DNA of 64,000 nt from NCBI GenBank assembly GCA_963757605.1, contig CAVWSF010000002.1, forward strand, positions 214,317 through 278,316, read 5' to 3'. The DNA comes from an uncultured Actinomycetes bacterium (lineage in GTDB: Bacteria; Actinomycetota; Thermoleophilia; Gaiellales; JAICJC01). The translations under genes and the position numbers were made by a program. The notes below the pieces were generated by a model. The model saw only the letters and a list, made by a program, of their open reading frames with translations, had not been told where the DNA came from and ran no database searches. Each line of letters starts with the position of its first letter. The stretch's first letter is position 1. Shown here piece after piece: positions 62,692 through 64,000 of the stretch.

Positions 62692-63000
62692 ATGACCGAT
62701 CCGACGACCGTGGTGGTGCGAGTCGAGCACCCCGTGCCCGACTACCAGATCTGGAAGCGTGAGGCCTTCGACCAGGACCCGCTTGGCCGCACGCCGAGCG
62801 GCGTTCGCCGCCACCGCGTCCTTCGCCGGGGCGAGCGGCCGAGCCGGGTGGCGGTCGAGCTCGAGTTCGACGATCGCGCGTCGGCGGAGGCGTTCGCCGA
62901 GGCGCTCCGTGACATGTGGGGCCGCGTGCGCGACCGGTTCGAGTGGCGCGAGCTGCCCGAGGCCGAGATCTACGAGCTGACGGAGGCGCGCGAGTATTGA
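62692..63000 (+). CDS. Small dimeric alpha/beta-barrel-like hypothetical protein
   Basis: VEHPVPDY..WK..FD.DP, VELEFDD...AEAF; GGAGG RBS. Confidence 0.65.
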   Translation: MTDPTTVVVRVEHPVPDYQIWKREAFDQDPLGRTPSGVRRHRVLRRGERPSRVAVELEFDDRASAEAFAEALRDMWGRVRDRFEWRELPEAEIYELTEAREY

Positions 63001-63004
63001 GCCC

Positions 63005-63394
63005 GTGCGCTTCATCCCCACCAAGTTCCACGCGCCGCTCGACTACATCGTCGGCGTCGTCCTGATCGCAGCGCCCTGGATCTTCCAGTTCTCCGAGCAC
63101 ACCGCGGCGACTGTCGTCCCGATCGTGCTCGGGATCGGGCTGATCGCCTACAGCCTGTTCACGAACTACGAGCTCGGGGTCTGGAAGGTCGCCCCGATAG
63201 CCGTCCACAACCTGATCGACATCGCGGCCGGCACCCTGCTCGCCGCCTCCCCGTGGCTCTTCGGCTTCGCCGACGAGTCGGCGAACGTGTGGCTTCCGCA
63301 CGTCGTCGTCGGCCTGGCCGCCATCTTCCTCGGCCTGACCACGAAGCAGGCCGGCGGCTACAGCTACCGCAAGCCGACCGTCGCCACCCGGTAA
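63005..63394 (+). CDS. SPW-repeat membrane protein
   Basis: AAPW and ASPW repeats in TM hairpins. Confidence 0.78.
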   Translation: MRFIPTKFHAPLDYIVGVVLIAAPWIFQFSEHTAATVVPIVLGIGLIAYSLFTNYELGVWKVAPIAVHNLIDIAAGTLLAASPWLFGFADESANVWLPHVVVGLAAIFLGLTTKQAGGYSYRKPTVATR

Positions 63395-63404
63395 CGCACG
63401 TCTC

Positions 63405-63442
63405 CGAGCGCCCCGCTCCGGTGAATCCGGGCGGGGCGCTCG
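63405..63442 (+). terminator. Hairpin terminator
   Basis: CGAGCGCCCCGC...GCGGGGCGCTCG. Confidence 0.6.
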
Positions 63443-63496
63443 CGCGTACTTCCCGAGAGCACCATGGTGGGAGGAGCGTGCGAACATGTCCGCGCG

Positions 63497-64000
63497 GTGG
63501 ACCGTGCACAGGCGTTCTGGCTGCGCGCACCCGGATGCGGGGAGATCCGGCCGGTGGTGCTGCCCGAGCCCGGCCGCGACGACGTCGTCGTGCGGACGGT
63601 GCGGACGGGCGTGAGCCGCGGCACCGAGATGCTGGTCTTCCGGGGCGGCGTGCCGCCGGCGCAGTACACGGCGATGCGGGCGCCGTTCCAGGAGGGGGAT
63701 TTCCCGGGGCCGGTCAAGTACGGCTACCTGAACGTCGGCGCCGTGGAGGAGGGGCCGCCCGAGCTGCGCGGCCGCACCGTCTTCTGCCTCTACCCGCACC
63801 AGACCGCCTACGTCGTCCCGGCGCGGGCCGTGTCCGTCGTGCCCGACGGCGTGCCGCCGGCTCGCGCTGTTCTTGCCGGCACGGTCGAGACGGCCGTGAA
63901 CGCGCTGTGGGACGCCGCCCCGCTGATCGGTGACCGGGTGGCGGTCGTGGGCGCCGGGATGGTCGGCTGCTGCGTCGCCCGCCTGCTGGCCCGCTTCCCG
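63497..64000 (+). CDS. Zinc-binding alcohol dehydrogenase-like protein (partial, runs off the window)
   Basis: Not in the ORF track; translated by hand: [49 protein letters not shown]. Confidence 0.85.
   Translation, partial: MDRAQAFWLRAPGCGEIRPVVLPEPGRDDVVVRTVRTGVSRGTEMLVFRGGVPPAQYTAMRAPFQEGDFPGPVKYGYLNVGAVEEGPPELRGRTVFCLYPHQTAYVVPARAVSVVPDGVPPARAVLAGTVETAVNALWDAAPLIGDRVAVVGAGMVGCCVARLLARFP

Overview
Very GC-rich (roughly 70%+ by eye), gene-dense bacterial chromosomal segment. Gene content and promoter style point to Actinomycetota, most likely Thermoleophilia/Gaiellales-like (inference: nucS, opcA, large NAD-GDH, fabI, widespread leaderless TANNNT promoters). Most of it is housekeeping or metabolic. 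It carries the pentose-phosphate genes (tkt-tal-zwf-opcA; rpiA; pgi-gnd), a phosphate locus (phoU / pstSCAB / degenerate PhoU-like gene / orphan OmpR-type regulator, with three arrays of 11-bp PHO-box-like repeats), a sulfate ABC transporter, NAD-glutamate dehydrogenase, fabI, an acyl-CoA synthetase, ferritin, several one-component regulators with visible operators, a GGDEF/HD-GYP protein and two decayed loci. I found no rRNA, tRNA, CRISPR array, transposase or prophage. The best second-look items are: a pseudo-PhoU coupled to a kinase-less response regulator; a ~200-bp MITE-like element with 26-bp inverted ends at CTAG; a REPIN-like composite and a dispersed GGGGTCWGACCCC palindrome family; a secreted allene-oxide-cyclase-like protein; and back-to-back leaderless promoters. 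Many single-base frameshifts between 26 and 58 kb look like long-read errors. I cannot claim a clearly new multi-gene system from the sequence alone.
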